Positions 63,185 to 64,000 of a stretch of 64,000 bases of DNA are shown here, one piece after another (within the stretch, counting starts at the first letter, position 1; each line of letters opens with the position of its first letter). Position numbers and translations under genes: made by a program. Origin of the DNA: an uncultured Anaerolineaceae bacterium. GTDB taxonomy: Bacteria > Chloroflexota > Anaerolineae > Anaerolineales > E44-bin32. The notes under the pieces are model-generated. The model was not told the DNA's origin. It was given only the letters and a program-made list of their open reading frames with translations, and ran no database searches. The stretch lies in the NCBI GenBank assembly GCA_964388955.1, contig CAYMCO010000001.1, positions 66,951-130,950 on the forward strand, given 5' to 3'.

Positions 63185-63952
63185 TTAATACAGAATCTGG
63201 TCGATGAAGGCTCTTGTGCGCGCTTCTTTGGGCTGAGTAAAAATCTCCTCGGGAGTGCCCTCCTCGAGAAGCCTGCCATCGGCCATGAAGACCATTCGGT
63301 CCGCTGCAGCGCGCGCGAAGCCCATCTCGTGAGACACGACGACCATTGTCATGCCCTCCTTGGCGAGGTCGAGCATGACGTCCAGCACTTCCTTGATCAT
63401 CTCGGCGTCCAGGGCGGAAGTCGGCTCATCGAAGAGCATGATCTTGGGGTTCATCGCCAGCGCGCGCGCAATGGCAACCCGCTGCTGCTGCCCGCCGGAG
63501 AGCTGAGCGGGGTGGTTGTCCTCCTTTTCCAGGATGCCCACCCGCTTGAGCAGGTCCCGGGCGATTTCCTTGGCCTCATCGTCACTCCTGCCGCGCACCA
63601 GCTTCTGGGCGAGGGTGACGTTCTCGATTACGGTCAGGTGTGGATACAGGTTGAAGTGCTGGAAAACCATGCCCACCTCCGCGCGCACGGTGTCGATGTC
63701 CGACTTCGGCGCGGATACCTCGATGGAGTCCACGACCACGGTCCCGCTGTCGACCTCCTCCAGCTTATTGATGCATCGGAGCAGCGTGCTCTTCCCACCG
63801 CCGCTGGGTCCGAATATGAAGCACACCTCCCCTCGATCGACCCGCAGGCTGACGTCAATCACCGCTCGCACATGGCCGAAGCTCTTGTGGACGTGTTCGA
63901 GGATGATGATATCATCGTTCACGGGAGCAGGTTGCATCGCTTCATTCCTCAT
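63185..63952 (-). CDS. Polar amino acid ABC transporter ATP-binding protein (GlnQ-like)
   Basis: Walker [10 protein letters not shown], signature [15 protein letters not shown], Walker [13 protein letters not shown]. Alternative start at 63937 (MQPAPV). Confidence 0.93.
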   Translation of the reverse strand: MRNEAMQPAPVNDDIIILEHVHKSFGHVRAVIDVSLRVDRGEVCFIFGPSGGGKSTLLRCINKLEEVDSGTVVVDSIEVSAPKSDIDTVRAEVGMVFQHFNLYPHLTVIENVTLAQKLVRGRSDDEAKEIARDLLKRVGILEKEDNHPAQLSGGQQQRVAIARALAMNPKIMLFDEPTSALDAEMIKEVLDVMLDLAKEGMTMVVVSHEMGFARAAADRMVFMADGRLLEEGTPEEIFTQPKEARTRAFIDQILY

Positions 63953-64000
63953 AGCCCATTCTCTTTTCCAACAGCTTCACCAGCAGCGAGAGGCTGAGGG
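63942..64000 (-). CDS. C-terminal end of an ABC transporter permease gene (partial, runs off the window)
   Basis: The minus-strand frame reads ...[18 protein letters not shown]-stop, ending at 63942 immediately upstream of the ATPase gene. Only 19 codons are visible. Confidence 0.4.
   Translation of the reverse strand, partial: LSLSLLVKLLEKRMGYEE

Noticed and set aside
61916-63997. 693-aa plus-strand ORF spanning plsX, tRNA-Leu and the ABC ATPase gene
   Set aside because: It runs antisense to two genes with unambiguous motifs and straight through a tRNA. Its His/Arg/Gly/Leu-rich composition with no motifs is typical of stop-free antisense frames in high-GC DNA.

Overview
High-GC bacterial chromosomal window. 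The protein set (lipoprotein-type solute-binding protein, type-2 IDI, formate-THF ligase, CpXC and beta-flower-like proteins) suggests a Chloroflexota-like organism, but that is a weak inference. I can support about 60 protein genes, two tRNAs (Arg-TCG on the minus strand, Leu-GAG on the plus strand), a few terminator or promoter candidates and one set of att-like repeats. I saw no rRNA, CRISPR array or recognisable IS transposase. (1) 1-11.4 kb is an integrative-element region at tRNA-Arg. It holds an excisionase-like gene, a tyrosine integrase and a 45-nt copy of the tRNA 3' half. Next comes a visibly AT-richer ~9-kb segment carrying a CoA-binding acyl-CoA-synthetase-alpha-like gene, a GNAT gene and a five-gene Liv-type ABC importer, and then the intact tRNA. 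Both tRNA-half copies are preceded by the same architecture of tandem repeat, hairpin and ~48-nt spacer, which suggests two tandem related elements, the second lacking an integrase. (2) 12-35 kb and 42.6-64 kb are mostly housekeeping genes: fhs, ligA, rlmI, ftsH, GGPP synthase with IDI-2, acpP, scpB, sucCD, rsmD, fabF, plsX, lipid and sugar-nucleotide enzymes, and two-component and Ser/Thr-kinase genes. (3) The most system-like feature is a tightly packed minus-strand operon at 35.3-42.5 kb. Its order is Ser/Thr kinase with PQQ-like propeller, PP2C phosphatase, J-domain-vWA, Zn-ribbon-vWA, Zn-ribbon-FHA, an 80-aa ORF and an orphan OmpR-type regulator. All seven products appear cytoplasmic. It looks like an elaborated relative of vWA/PP2C/kinase triads, with chaperone-recruiting and transcriptional modules added. 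Other items worth a second look are a 760-nt gene-less, hairpin-rich convergent spacer (22.4-23.2 kb), an orphan BchI/ChlI-like AAA+ ATPase with a Cys4 insert, an SPFH protein fused to an excisionase-type HTH, and a NERD protein translationally coupled to plsX-fabF. All calls come from reading motifs in the supplied translations and sequence. No database search or folding computation was run.
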